Source: Podarcis melisellensis (Eukaryota). Taken from it: 64,000 nucleotides of DNA. The DNA is taken from NCBI GenBank assembly GCA_964234715.1, contig OZ174280.1. One strand, 5' to 3'. Both the position numbers and the translations under genes were made by a program. This document shows positions 1 through 11,287 of the stretch, one piece after another. The notes beneath the pieces are model-generated. The model had not been told where the DNA came from and searched no databases. It worked only from the letters and a program-made list of their open reading frames with translations. Each line of letters begins with the position of its first letter. The first letter of the stretch is position 1.

Positions 1-66
1 GGCTGGCCCTGATGGGGAGTTTCCCCCAATGTCATTGATGACTTATCAGCATTTGCCTCCTTACAG

Positions 67-162
67 TCTCTGGACTCAGGAAGTCTGGTCTTGTATTCTA
101 TGTCACAAAGAGGAGTGAGGGTTATGGAGGTCATGGATGCCACAATGCAATGCAAACCAGAC
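67..162 (+). CDS. Possible internal exon (96 nt) of an unidentified + strand gene
   Basis: Acceptor atttgcctccttacag| and a moderate donor GAC|gtatgc. It is open in phase 0 (SLDSGSLVLYSMSQRGVRVMEVMDATMQCKPD) and in phase 1, and is phase-compatible with the downstream exons. No homology recognised. Confidence 0.3.
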
Positions 163-705
163 GTATGCCTTGCTCCTTCAAAATAAACCAAAGAAAAGTC
201 AGGTCAAGCACTCTCTCATTACAGTGTACCAGCAGCACAAGCTGCTCTAGCCATTATTTTGATGGATGGATGGATGATTTTAACATATTTATACCCTGCC
301 TCTCCTTCTCAAAGTTCAAGGTGGCTCACAAACAAGAATCACAAAATGCAATAAAATCAAAAGCTATACTCACCAAACAGATCAGCAGATAAAGAAATTC
401 TAAAAGCTGTGCAATATCTGTTTGCCCCTAGAATCCTGAAAGAAATTTAAACCTGGAGACTTGACATGGCTTTTCATTGCATTTCATGCCATCACCTTCC
501 TTTACCTGGTAGGCCACACCCTCTTAATGAAAAAATGGCTGCAAATGGAACCACATTGACAACAATAACATCTTGATTATCGGTTGGATAAACAGTTTGT
601 AAGGCACAAACTAACACATCATGATGTAGCGAATAAGCTTCTCATTTCTCCTGCATTCCTCTTCTTGTTGGATGTTGAAAGGTCTGAAATGTGGGGGGAT
701 TTTTG

Positions 706-731
706 GTGTGTGTGTGTGTGTGTGAGTGTGT
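706..731. repeat. (GT)n microsatellite
   Basis: Read directly from the sequence. Confidence 0.9.
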
Positions 732-858
732 AATAAATGCTAGGCATGATAGAAAAGCCCATTTTAATATCACACTCACTAGGCATTATACAGATTTAAT
801 TAGGACATGCTAGGTGCAAAAACAGTTTTCAGCTTGCACTTAGAATTGCTGGAAGAAA

Positions 859-1140
859 GATGTAGCGATGGCCACCAACATAGATGGCTTTGGGATGAGA
901 CACATTCATGGAGGATAATGCTATAAAAAGCTACTAGCTACAATGATAGCAGTGCTTTTCCTCCACCCCAGAACATCACTTGATGAAGATTACAGGAAGC
1001 AGAGTGCTATTGTGCTCGTGTCCTATTTGTCAGCTTCCAATCCAATGGGCATCTGGTTGGCTACTGTGGGAAGAGAATGTGAGAATAGAGACTAGATAGG
1101 CCTTTGGTATGGGTCCAGCAGGACTCTTCTTGTGTTTTTA
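859..1140 (+). mobile_element. CR1 LINE 3' fragment (end of ORF2 plus 3' UTR)
   Basis: gatgtagcgatggccaccaac...cacattcatggaggat...gcatctggttggctactgtg...ccagcaggactcttcttgtgttttta resembles the squamate CR1 3' end. A second copy lies at 62085-62200. Confidence 0.75.
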
Positions 1141-2054
1141 GATAACGTGACAACAGAATCCCAAAATTAGGTGCTGCACAGAATGTTACATAAAATTAGG
1201 AATGACGAACACTGCCCACAGACTTGTAATATATTTTATTTATTTATTTGACAGGTCTTTTAAAAAAAACTTTGCTTTTATTCAAAGCTGCAAACATAGC
1301 ATGTATGGTAACAATGCAAAACATAGTTTAAAACTTTAAACAGTTGGTGAAGAGGAAGAAAGAAAAAGTCAACAAATGAAGACTGAGAGAAGGGTAACAT
1401 TAATAATAATAATAATAATAATTTTTATTTATACCCTGCCCTCACCAGCCAAGGCATATGGGAAAATAGATAGGCGCTTATCATGTAACAACAATTTTAA
1501 AACTTTTCACCTAGCTGTCCCCATTACATGGAGATCTGTTGTCTCGATCCATACAATGAAAAAAGCATAACTACATTCCAGGAAATACTTACATCTGCAT
1601 TTTAAAAAATGCAGACTTCTATTTCCCTGCTGGTCCTGCTCAGAAACTAGCTCCTTTCTGCTGTACTTCAAGAGCATTAAACATTCAGAGCCATATATAT
1701 ATCCTTCAAGGCTGTCACTGGTGCGGCTAGCAAGAACTTGATCTGGTGGTTTTTAAGGAAAGAACTTGAATGAAATATATATATATTTCAACTTGCTACT
1801 TCCCCTGCCTTACTTTTTTCTTATGCTGCTACAAGGAGCTGGGGGCCTATATTAAACACCTACAAGTATATTTGTTGTCCTCAAGTAAAAATCACAGTTG
1901 AAGCATTTCTGTATAAAGACAATTTGTTCACAGCCAAGATGGGTGTTCAAAACGGAGGACATATATCATATAAATAATACCAATGTTGCGAGATGCAAGG
2001 CAATGGCCTACTAAAAACAGACTGGATCAGGAGGTCAGCTTTTATTATATATTA

Positions 2055-2435
2055 AAGGTAAAGGTACCCCTGACTGTTAAGTCCAGTCGTGGACGACTCT
2101 GGGGTTGCGGGGCTCATCTTGCTTTACTGGCCGAAGGAGCCGGTGTACAGCTTCCGGGTCATGTGGCCAGCATGACTAAGCCACTTCTGGCGAACCAGAG
2201 CAGCGCACGGAAATGCCATTTACCTTCCCACTGGAGAAGTACCTATTTATCTACTTGCACTTTGATGTGCTTTTGAACCTGCTAGGTGGGCAGGAGCAGG
2301 GACTGAGCTGTTGTGGTTCTGGACATTTCGACACGAGCAACGGGAGTTCACCCTGTTGCGGGGATTCAAACCACTGACCTTCTGAATGGCAAGCCCTAGG
2401 TTCAGTAGTTTAGACCACAGTGCCACCAGCGTCCC
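2055..2435 (-). mobile_element. Sauria SINE, full length, more diverged copy with a 30-bp internal insertion
   Basis: tRNA-like head GGGACGCTGGTGGCACTGTGG, B-box-like GGTTTGAATCC and (ACCTTT)n tail. 14-bp TSD tttattatatatta at 2041-2054 and 2437-2450. Confidence 0.95.
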
Positions 2436-3551
2436 ATTTATTATATATTAGCAAATAGCAGGGCATATTCAGAAGTTCAGAAAACAATCAGAAGTGCAGA
2501 AAAAAATAATAACCCAGTAGTCCACTGCTATCCATATGTCCTGATTTATTTACAGGTTCTTAGTCTGAAAGTGTCACTGCCATCACCAGAAGCACTTTTC
2601 CTGAGCAGGCATTCCTGAGATCTCAGTTGCTTTCCATCATTTGATGGCTCCACAGGTGCCTCTAGGCAACAACTCTGTTTTCCTCCATGTCTCTCCCTGC
2701 TTGGTAACCTTTCAGCACTGAGCACAGCAGAGCGCCTCAAGCAATGAGTCTCAAAATGATGTCACAGGGAACAAAAACAGCAACTTTTCACCATCCACGT
2801 TACGTGTCATAAACAGCCTCCAAAGCCCAAGGTTCAATCTTCCTATTGCCACCCACAATCACATTAATACAGTACATTCTCAGTGACAAAGAAGCTTCCT
2901 AGTTGCTTCTGTCCATCTCCTCTTCTTAGCCAATCATAAAAATCACTAGCAGCGCCCTTGTCCCCAGGGAAGGAAAACACTTACAAAAGAAAACAAATAA
3001 GGAACTATGTCTTGAAGAAAAGGCTTGGGATAATATGTGTGTGTGTTTTCTTTGAATTTAATTTGGTACAATGATGCTCCAGTCAAAATAAAGATTTCAT
3101 GCTTGCTAGCTGAACAAAGGGTTAAGAGACATAAGAGTTCTCTGCAAATTCCTAGAGGGCACTCGGTGAGGTCACATCCTCTGTTTGCACAGGGCAGGAA
3201 GAGAATAGGAAGAAACTTACTACTTCCTTCCTGTCCAGAGCTCATCTCTTTTACATCTTGCAGCTGTGGAGAAAGGGTGTAGTCTGTGCTCTGTTGAGCA
3301 CAGGCACCATATTCAAATGTGTGTTTTGTAATCTAGAAGTCTATTTTGCCTGACTTACTTGACTGCCATTTTCTGCTTGAGCCAAGTCTGCAGTGTTATG
3401 TAAGCAAACAACATTTTTATGTTTACATTACAGACTACTGTACTGTGTTGTTATTTAAGTTTGGAGCTGCAGGTTTCAAAATGCTGTCTTTATGAATTAT
3501 TTATTTTACTTTGCTCAACTGGGTTCTGTAAAAAACCCTCTTCCCCTTCAG

Positions 3552-3587
3552 CCAAACCCAAGAACTTACCCAGTGGAGGAGGCTACA
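3552..3587 (+). CDS. Candidate 36-nt internal exon, + strand gene
   Basis: Acceptor ccctcttccccttcag| and donor ACA|gtgagt. Frame-preserving; reads PNPRTYPVEEAT (phase 0) or KPKNLPSGGGY (phase 1). Confidence 0.5.
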
Positions 3588-3838
3588 GTGAGTATTTCCA
3601 GCATCCCAACAGAGTAACTTTTTTTTTCTACCAGGGACTTCTCGCCCTGTAATTTCTGGCTGGAAACTGATGCTAGGCTCATCATTTTTGCCACAGATTC
3701 TGGAGCCAATTGCCCTAGGCCTCTGCTGGAAGAAACACTTAACAGGGAGCAATTCCCATGGCGTAAAGTGGGGCTTACTTCTGAGTAATGTACAAGCTAA
3801 TACACCGCAATGTTTCATTGTCCACTGTTTCTTTGCAG

Positions 3839-3935
3839 AGGAGGAGGATAGAGAGCCAGAACAGAAGAGGGTGCCACACAACTTTTCTCCCAGTGAAGCA
3901 GCAACTGCGGCAGCTGAGACCCCTTCTGAATCAAG
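3839..3935 (+). CDS. Internal exon (97 nt), + strand gene
   Basis: Strong acceptor tccactgtttctttgcag| and consensus donor AAG|gtaaga, with a purine-rich body. Reads RRRIESQNRRGCHTTFLPVKQQLRQLRPLLNQ (phase 0) or EEDREPEQKRVPHNFSPSEAATAAAETPSES (phase 1). Confidence 0.7.
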
Positions 3936-6900
3936 GTAAGAGGCTTTTAGGCCCCAGGTACATCTCCACTGCTTAAGTGTTTGCTCTTCCTTTCTCAAGT
4001 GAAGAAGACGGGGACCTCCTAGACACTACCTAAGTGACCAAGGTGTACCACCAGTTCAATTTTAATTTTATTATGGATTTATTTATTAAATGTTTATATT
4101 GTCCTTCAGCCATAGATCTCAGGGCAGTTGTCAGGTCTAGGTTCCCGGTGGCGCCATTGATTGCGAAGGATTGTGTTTGCCCAAATGACCTATATGGGCT
4201 TTCAAATGGGTCAAATGTATAATCTTCCCAGAAAACATGTGAAGGGGTTGTATTTTTTCCCCTTTTTTCTCCAACCTGCCTCTACTTTATCAAAGCAGAA
4301 CCAATGACATTTATGTTTTGATGCTCAGACCTACAGAAACTCCCTATAGAAACTGCTGGCACAGTTGACATCATCACAGCCCCAATGATTCCTGACATAT
4401 TACATGAGATACCTTTCAGTAAACTTGTGCATGGCGGGGAATCCATAAATCCAAATTCAATTAAGTCATTTTTATGCTGCACATATTCACCATACAGTAC
4501 ACATCCAGCTCTTTTATCTTGTGAAGGGGAAGGTAGAGGCAGGAGAGACAACAGAACCACAACACTTATAAAAAGACTTGCTTACAGTCACTCAGTAATT
4601 ATTATTCTAGCATTGCCCTAATACATTGTTTTACAAATGCCAAGGCAGGGAGATAAGCGTTTGCCTGTTGAAGGTGAAGAGCTCTGTTCTGTCTTTAGAT
4701 ATTTGGTGCTAAATTGCTACTCTTAAATCACTGCTATTTTTCCCCAGTGTGCAGTGTGGGATTGTACTGGAGACACACTGTTGCTATGCCCTTCCCAGCC
4801 CCCACCTCGCCTACTACATACAAGTCCTTTCTTTTTAAGGGCATTTCCCCATTATTTCAATCATTTATATCTTTGAATGCCTGACATTTTACAGTGCCCA
4901 AACCCCACGTTTCAGTGGGCATCAGTAAATCATCCCCCAACGCTGTGTCTTCCTTATACACTCTTCCATACATAACATCAATCATTTTACCATTTCATAG
5001 GAATAAAAAAAGAAAGAATGTTTTCTTAACTGTGTCTTGCTTTATTGGCCACATTACATAAACAGGATGATTTATGAAGCAGGAAAAGGAAAGAAGGTGG
5101 TGTTTGCTCTTATGCGTTCTTCTCCCATCTGTGATTTTTGTCGTGTCTTTAGGCTTCATGGAAGCATCCTTGCACTAAGTTGGTATAGGGGCATGTGCAA
5201 ATGTCTACACCCCCCCTTAAGCTTTCTGAATGTTTGTAAAATGACTGTGCCTGCTTTTTGCTATGATGCAGTGCAGATAACCTGACCATTCTACAATCTT
5301 TGCTGCTTTAGGCCAATGATAAGAATGGGCATAGTATGGGTTTCCTATACAAGTTGTGTCTTTGTCATGGAAACCAAGTTAACAGACATTAAGCACACCC
5401 TTGCCTCTCCTCTCTACCCCACTCTCTCTTTCTCTCTCTCACACACATTTACAGTTGCTATGGTGGCACAAGATGAATGATCTTCCCTGCAGTTTCATTG
5501 ATGACATACAGCCCTGTAATGAACTGTCAGTTCTTTTGTAGGGTTGACTTTTGGGGATTCGTAGCTTCTACTGATCCAAGGCCGGCAAGTGTTTCCCTCT
5601 TTTTTTTTTTTAATGAACTGTGGCTTCTGAAAAAAACAACACACCAACCAGCATTTGTGGGCAGATAGAGAACCAAGCTAAAACACATTATTTTTAACTA
5701 AGCTAGAGACCTAGGTAGGCTAGACAGTGAAAACAAAGGTGGACAAGAGCAGAAATAAGTTGGGTAACAACTTATTTTAGTATTTTTATTTGGGTGCCTG
5801 ATATCTGTGTTTGTTGTTCAGCATTTGGACAAACAAAGAATGCTGCTTTCACACTGTCCCTTCCTTCCTGTCTCTTTACTGCAACTACTGTCCTCTAAAC
5901 TAATTTCTTCTGCTGTGGTGTGCCTCTGCTTGCCATTGGCTTAAATTTGGTAGCTGTCCATTTTGGAACCTACTCTTTGCATGCACCAGACACAGAAGAA
6001 TTCTCAAAATGGTGGCTGACAGGCACCAATGGTGCACAGCAGTAGAAAAAAAAGATACAAGAAACAGTATGGCATTGTTGACCTGGGCAATTGTGAAACC
6101 ATGGGTTGGAATCCACTACTACAGCATCAGCATGGGAAGCTCAAATCTGAAATTATGAAGCCTTCTGCATGAAGCTAAAGCTTCAAGGAAAAGACCATTG
6201 GAAGAATTCCATCTTGTTTATCTATGCGCTGTACAGTAGTAAAAACTAGCTATCATGAAGACATGCCCCGAAAATAAAATCTGGGCTTCCTCTGCCTGGA
6301 AATCCTACATTCTTAGAGTAGAAAAGCAGGCAGTATATCAACACTTTCCTTGCTTATTTTGTGTATAATTAAATATTCAAAGTTATGGACAAGTAATCTT
6401 GCAGAATTAGACTTCCCTAGCTGCCTGTGGCCCCTGTAGGGCTGAGAGTATTTCATAATGAAGAGGCGTACTGGGGAGTAATGAATAGAGGTATTGTGTA
6501 GAATGGGGAGAACCTGGCAAACAACTGTATGCCTACGCTATAAGGTTACAAAGAGACAGTGGAGAATGGGACTTGGCTCACGCTCAGGTAGAGCTTTCCT
6601 TTTCCTTTTCATTAAAGTTCTTTGTTGATAACTTCTGCATTCACATGCATTTGAAAAAAGCGTCATATCAAGGACTCTGCATCTTTGCAAGGAAAACAAT
6701 ATACCAGGAAGCATTTCAAAACACAGGCAGCATCTTCTGCAGAAGCTTGTTTAGAAAATAGGTTTGGCTAAACAAAAGCCTTGGAAATAACATAATCAGC
6801 ACTGCCCCTGTTTGGGCGCATGGGCCGAGGGAGGAACAATTTGTCAAAGATACATGCTTGTAATGTTCAAAGAAACAATTTTCTAGCACAGTGTTATCTC

Positions 6901-8507
6901 TTGCAACTCCTCTTTTCTATCTATTGTTTGCTATACGTTTTTGTTCAAGAGAAAAATTAGGCACGCTCTGGAGTGTTTGCTTGGTCTGGAATTTCCCCCC
7001 TGTGCCAAGCTGTTTAATTTATGATGCCCTTCCATAAGAAAAAGCATCTTGGAGACACTGTACACACTGTAGCAGAATATCTAATTTATTTATCCTCCAA
7101 CCAAGGCCCTAGGTCAGCCTTCCCTAACCTGGTGCTGTCTGGACGTAGCTGAATTTCAGCACCCACCCCCAGTGCTAGCCATTAGGGATGATATTATTAT
7201 TATTGTTGTTGTTGTTGTTCTTGTTGTTAATCTCCTTCCACATATATGCCCAAGATGATTTACAAAGATATCCTGAAAAAAAGATGAAATCATGTTTAGA
7301 ACTGTATAAAAAACAATGGAATATGGGTTTAAAAACAACAGAAAACAAACACCTAAGGCAGAGAGACCTTTTCATCTAGCTGGAAAAGTTTGTCGAAACA
7401 AAAACGACTTCAATTGTTTCCAGAAACTACAGATCGTGAATAGACAGTACAGCAATGTCCAAAGGCAACCAGGATGGGGAAAGCTGTGCATGCATTATTT
7501 AATTGTTGCAGTCACTCGACTCGTTGATTAAGGTTGGATATGTGGATTCCTACACCAGTGTTAACTAGGGCTGTTACCTGTGAAATGGCTTTGGGCGCCG
7601 AGAGAAATGTTCTGAACATGTCTCTGGACGTTTCTTCATCCAGGCAGTGGCTGGGATACAAAGAGCTCCTTCCGGCATGTGCATGCCCAGTGGGATTTCC
7701 CCTTTGAATGGCAGTCTGCTGTGCCACATCACAAATGCTTTTTAAACTCCCTTCAGTTTTCCTCACGCAGCATGGAGGGCTAATGGTAAAAAAAAACCCC
7801 ACTTTTTTTCTAAAAGGAAAAGGAAAGGTACAGTTGTATCAACCCACATGTACAACTTACAAAATAAAGCAGCTGACAAAACAAATAAAATAAAACATTG
7901 GGTTGTATCCAAGGTGCTTTTCGACCCATTGAAAAGCTGCTTTGGATTTAGTGGAGAAATCTAGGAAGTCCCTCTGTTTGTGCAAGCTCTTGTGTAAGAC
8001 ATTGCGCTTTTGAATGGGCAACCAGTATGAAAACGAGAAACACAAAGAAAAATCTTAGCTCTAGCCTCTTTTTCCCCATGCTGCGCATACATTTAAAATT
8101 TTATTTATTTTCATTTTTATACTTCCCTTCATCCTTCGAACTCAGGATGGTTCACATCATAAAAATACAATATAAAAACATAAAATGCATAATAAAAATA
8201 AGAACCAAACCAATAATCCCCCCTCCCTCAACACACCTATCATGTCACTTCTTACTTGCCCCAAATCTCCTTGCGATTCTGTGTACATGCAAAACTGACC
8301 GTCCCCAATATCTATTACTCTCCTAAAATTGTAACTCACCATGCAGTCTTATTCATGTCTGCTCAGAGGTAAGTCCTATTAGTTAACATCTTACTTAGTT
8401 CTGTGTGGCTTACTTCCATATAAGTGGGTACAGGATTACAGTCTTTGTTTCCTAGCTGGAAGAAATTTGCCCTGATCTATATGTGGATGTCCAGATATTA
8501 TGGAATA

Positions 8508-8568
8508 ACAGAATCATAGAATTGCAGAGTTGGAAGGGACCCCCGAGGACCATCGAGTCCAACCACCT
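8508..8568 (-). mobile_element. CR1 3' tail
   Basis: cagaatcatagaattgcagagttggaagggacc is the reverse complement of the CR1 (ATTCTRTG)n tail and terminal hairpin. Confidence 0.7.
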
Positions 8569-9253
8569 TTTAACTACAGTGATGCTAATATTTTACAATC
8601 TGTTTTCAGTGATATTGGACAACAGCTGGCTTGCCTTTGTTGATTACAGTTACTGCCTGAGTCTTGAGATCGTTGTATGGGGGAAATGCTTCATTTTTTG
8701 TCATATACAGTCTTCAAAATTTTTGTTTTTGTTTTAGAATTTTTGCAGCATCATTGTAGAGTTGCATCCAAAGGTCCCATTCCTTCCACCAGAAAAAGGA
8801 AACCTATGGATGCACCCCTGAGTGCTTCTAGCACAGGTGTTGCTTGGAATTTTTAAAAAATGTGGAGCTATTCTAGAAACCTGAACTTGTGATTACTTTG
8901 TTTCCTCACAACTTTCACTTCTCTTTGTTTTGCTGGTTTCTGTGTTCGGAATAGGTTTGTTTAGATGGTTTTGGTTGGATGTAGAAGCAGGCAATCCTTC
9001 AGGCATTCTGAAACCATGCCATATGCATGGTTTTTCAGGAGTAGCACTTTGAGTTGTACCAGGAAATGTATTGGAAGCCATGGAGGAGCGCCTTATGTTT
9101 CCATTACACAGCCCCAGTTAGCAGTCTAGCTGCAATCTAACATACCATTCATTGCAATCATCTAACCTGGAGATGAAATAGTTCTGTAGAAACCAGGCCT
9201 TCCTTTGCAGTTGGTTGCCCAGCTATAATAGCATGCATTTAAGTCGTGGACTA

Positions 9254-9616
9254 GGGGACGCAGGTGGCGCTGTGGGTTAAAGCCTCAGCGCCTAGGACTT
9301 GCCGATCGAAAGGTCGGCGGTTCGAATCCCTGCGGCGGGGTGCGCTCCCGCTGCTCGGTCCCAGCGCCTGCCAACCTAGCAGTTCGAAAGCACCTCCGGG
9401 TGCAAGTAGATAAATAGGGACCGCTTACCAGCGGGAAGGTAAACGGCGTTTCCGTGTGCGGCTCTGGCTCGCCAGAGCAGCGATGTCACGCTGGCCATGT
9501 GACCCGGAAGTGTCTCCGGACAGCGCTGGCCCCTGGCCTCTTAAGTGAGATGGGCGCACAACCCCAGAGTCTGTCAAGACTGGCCCGTACGGGCAGGGGT
9601 ACCTTTACCTTTACCT
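9254..9616 (+). mobile_element. Sauria SINE, full length, young
   Basis: A box TGGCGCTGTGG, B box GGTTCGAATCC and (ACCTTT)n tail, with CpGs retained. Perfect 15-bp TSD tttaagtcgtggact at 9238-9252 and 9617-9631. Confidence 0.97.
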
Positions 9617-9789
9617 TTTAAGTCGTGGACTGGTGCTAATCTGAGTATTACAGCTCAAAGTTTCTACAGTAGGTCTGAGCAAGCTAGGAACACAATGACT
9701 TCTTGATCCACAGGGTATCCCTTTAGTGAGAAACAGTCGGCTAGAACAACATGATGTTGCCAATACTGTTTTCATCTAGAAAGGAAAAT

Positions 9790-9980
9790 GTGGCTCTGTA
9801 GCTCGGCGGTAGATCACATGTTCTACATATAAAAAGTCCTAAGTGCAATCTTTGACTTTTCCATGTGAGGCTGGGAAGACTCCTGTTTGAAACCATGGAG
9901 TGTGGTTGATAGACATTATAGGCAATACTGAATTAGATAAACCTATGGTTTAATTTGGTACAAGCTGTCTTCCTATGTTG
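9790..9980 (+). mobile_element. Old tRNA-derived SINE with a CR1-like tail (Squam3-like; name tentative)
   Basis: Head gctctgtagctcggcggtaga, body ggctgggaagactcctgtttgaaacc, tail caatactgaattagat...cttcctatgtt. Confidence 0.65.
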
Positions 9981-10769
9981 TAGAATCACAAAATATATTG
10001 GATAATTACAATGGGTGTAAAAAAGAGAAGTCAATAATTTACAGCTCTCCACAGGCATCTAATTGCTCTGGGGAAAAGGGAAGCACAAGACTACATTTTT
10101 TTTAGCTTCAGTACAGTGGACAATTCACTAAGTGATAAATTACAATGCTGGACAGTTTAATCTATGGAATACTGGTCATCTGTACATCTGCCCTCATGGT
10201 GGTTTGGAGAATCCTGTTATACCACTTAGAACTGACCAGAAATCGGGGGATGCCAGGAAATTCTAAGGTTTCCTTTACCATGTAGGCAGAAATTATAGGC
10301 GAGCATCTCATCATGTGGTTTTCAGGTAAATGGTTGTCTGTCAAATGGGAGAAAGGGTAGAGAACTACCTGAGTTCATGTAAAAGGAAACAAAAATGTGC
10401 ACTTATTCATCTTTGAGTTGGTGGACCTGCTCCAGAAAGTACCATTTTTCTATATGGCAAGTTTCACAACCTGCTTCACAACCAGCTTTTCTAAAAAGCA
10501 TTTTGCAGTGTAGGATAGGTGCAGAAAGGAAGATTGACTTCAGGGGAAAAAGAAAACAAAAATGTTCCATTGTGCACTTTTCCCTATTCCCCTCTCTGGA
10601 TTGGAGCATAGTGATTTTGAAATAAACGCCAGTATTAGTCAGGGACTGTCTCCCCCTCCCATTTTTTAAAGAAAGCTCTTTATGTAATCTAGCCTTACTG
10701 ATTGATTAATAGTGTTCCCTGGGGTGAAGTCTTCAATAGGCTCTGTTTGAAAAAGAATTGTTAAAAGCT

Positions 10770-10925
10770 GAAGAGCCACATTATATACTTTATAGGTCAA
10801 AAACAGCACCTCAAATTGTTCTCGAAAGACAATAGGAAAATAGTGCAGAAGCTTTTGTGGGTAACAAGCCTCCAGTAACCAGGCTCCGCTAGGTGGTAGA
10901 CCGCAGGATTCTGCCTCAATTGGCA
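10770..10925 (-). mobile_element. L2 LINE ORF2 fragment
   Basis: LLHYFPIVFREQFEVLFLTYKVYN resembles the L2 ORF2 motif LHWLPxxFRxxFKxLxLTYKAL. Confidence 0.65.
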
Positions 10926-11045
10926 ATATTCATCTCTTATTGAGAGCAATCATGGAAGATGTGTGATGATCAATTTTACATGTACCATTTACAGTGCTTT
11001 TGAGCCTCACTCTCATGCTGCTATGCAAGTTTAAATGTGCTTATA

Positions 11046-11287
11046 CAGTGGTACCTCAGGTTACGTATGCTTCAGGTTACAGACGCTTCAGGTTACAGAC
11101 TCCGCTGACCCAGAAATAGTGCTTCAGGTTAAGAACTTTGCTTCAGGATGAGTATAGAAATTGTACTCTGGCAGTGCGGCAGCAGCAGGAGGCCCCATTA
11201 GCTAAAGTGGTGCTTCAGGTTAAGAACAGTTTCAGGTTAAGAATGGACCTCCGGAACGAATTAAGTACTTAACCCGAGGTACCACTG
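11046..11287. mobile_element. Tc1/mariner superfamily (Tigger/pogo-like) MITE, 242 bp
   Basis: Terminal inverted repeats (TIRs) cagtggtacctc / gaggtaccactg, TA TSD on both sides, and internal (c/t)ttcaggtta repeats. Confidence 0.92.

Noticed and set aside
3501-3998. 165-aa - strand ORF
   Set aside because: It is the antisense shadow of the + strand exons, which have the real splice signals.
9254-9335. tRNA-like A/B boxes as a tRNA gene
   Set aside because: They are the SINE head, continuous with the SINE body, tail and TSD.
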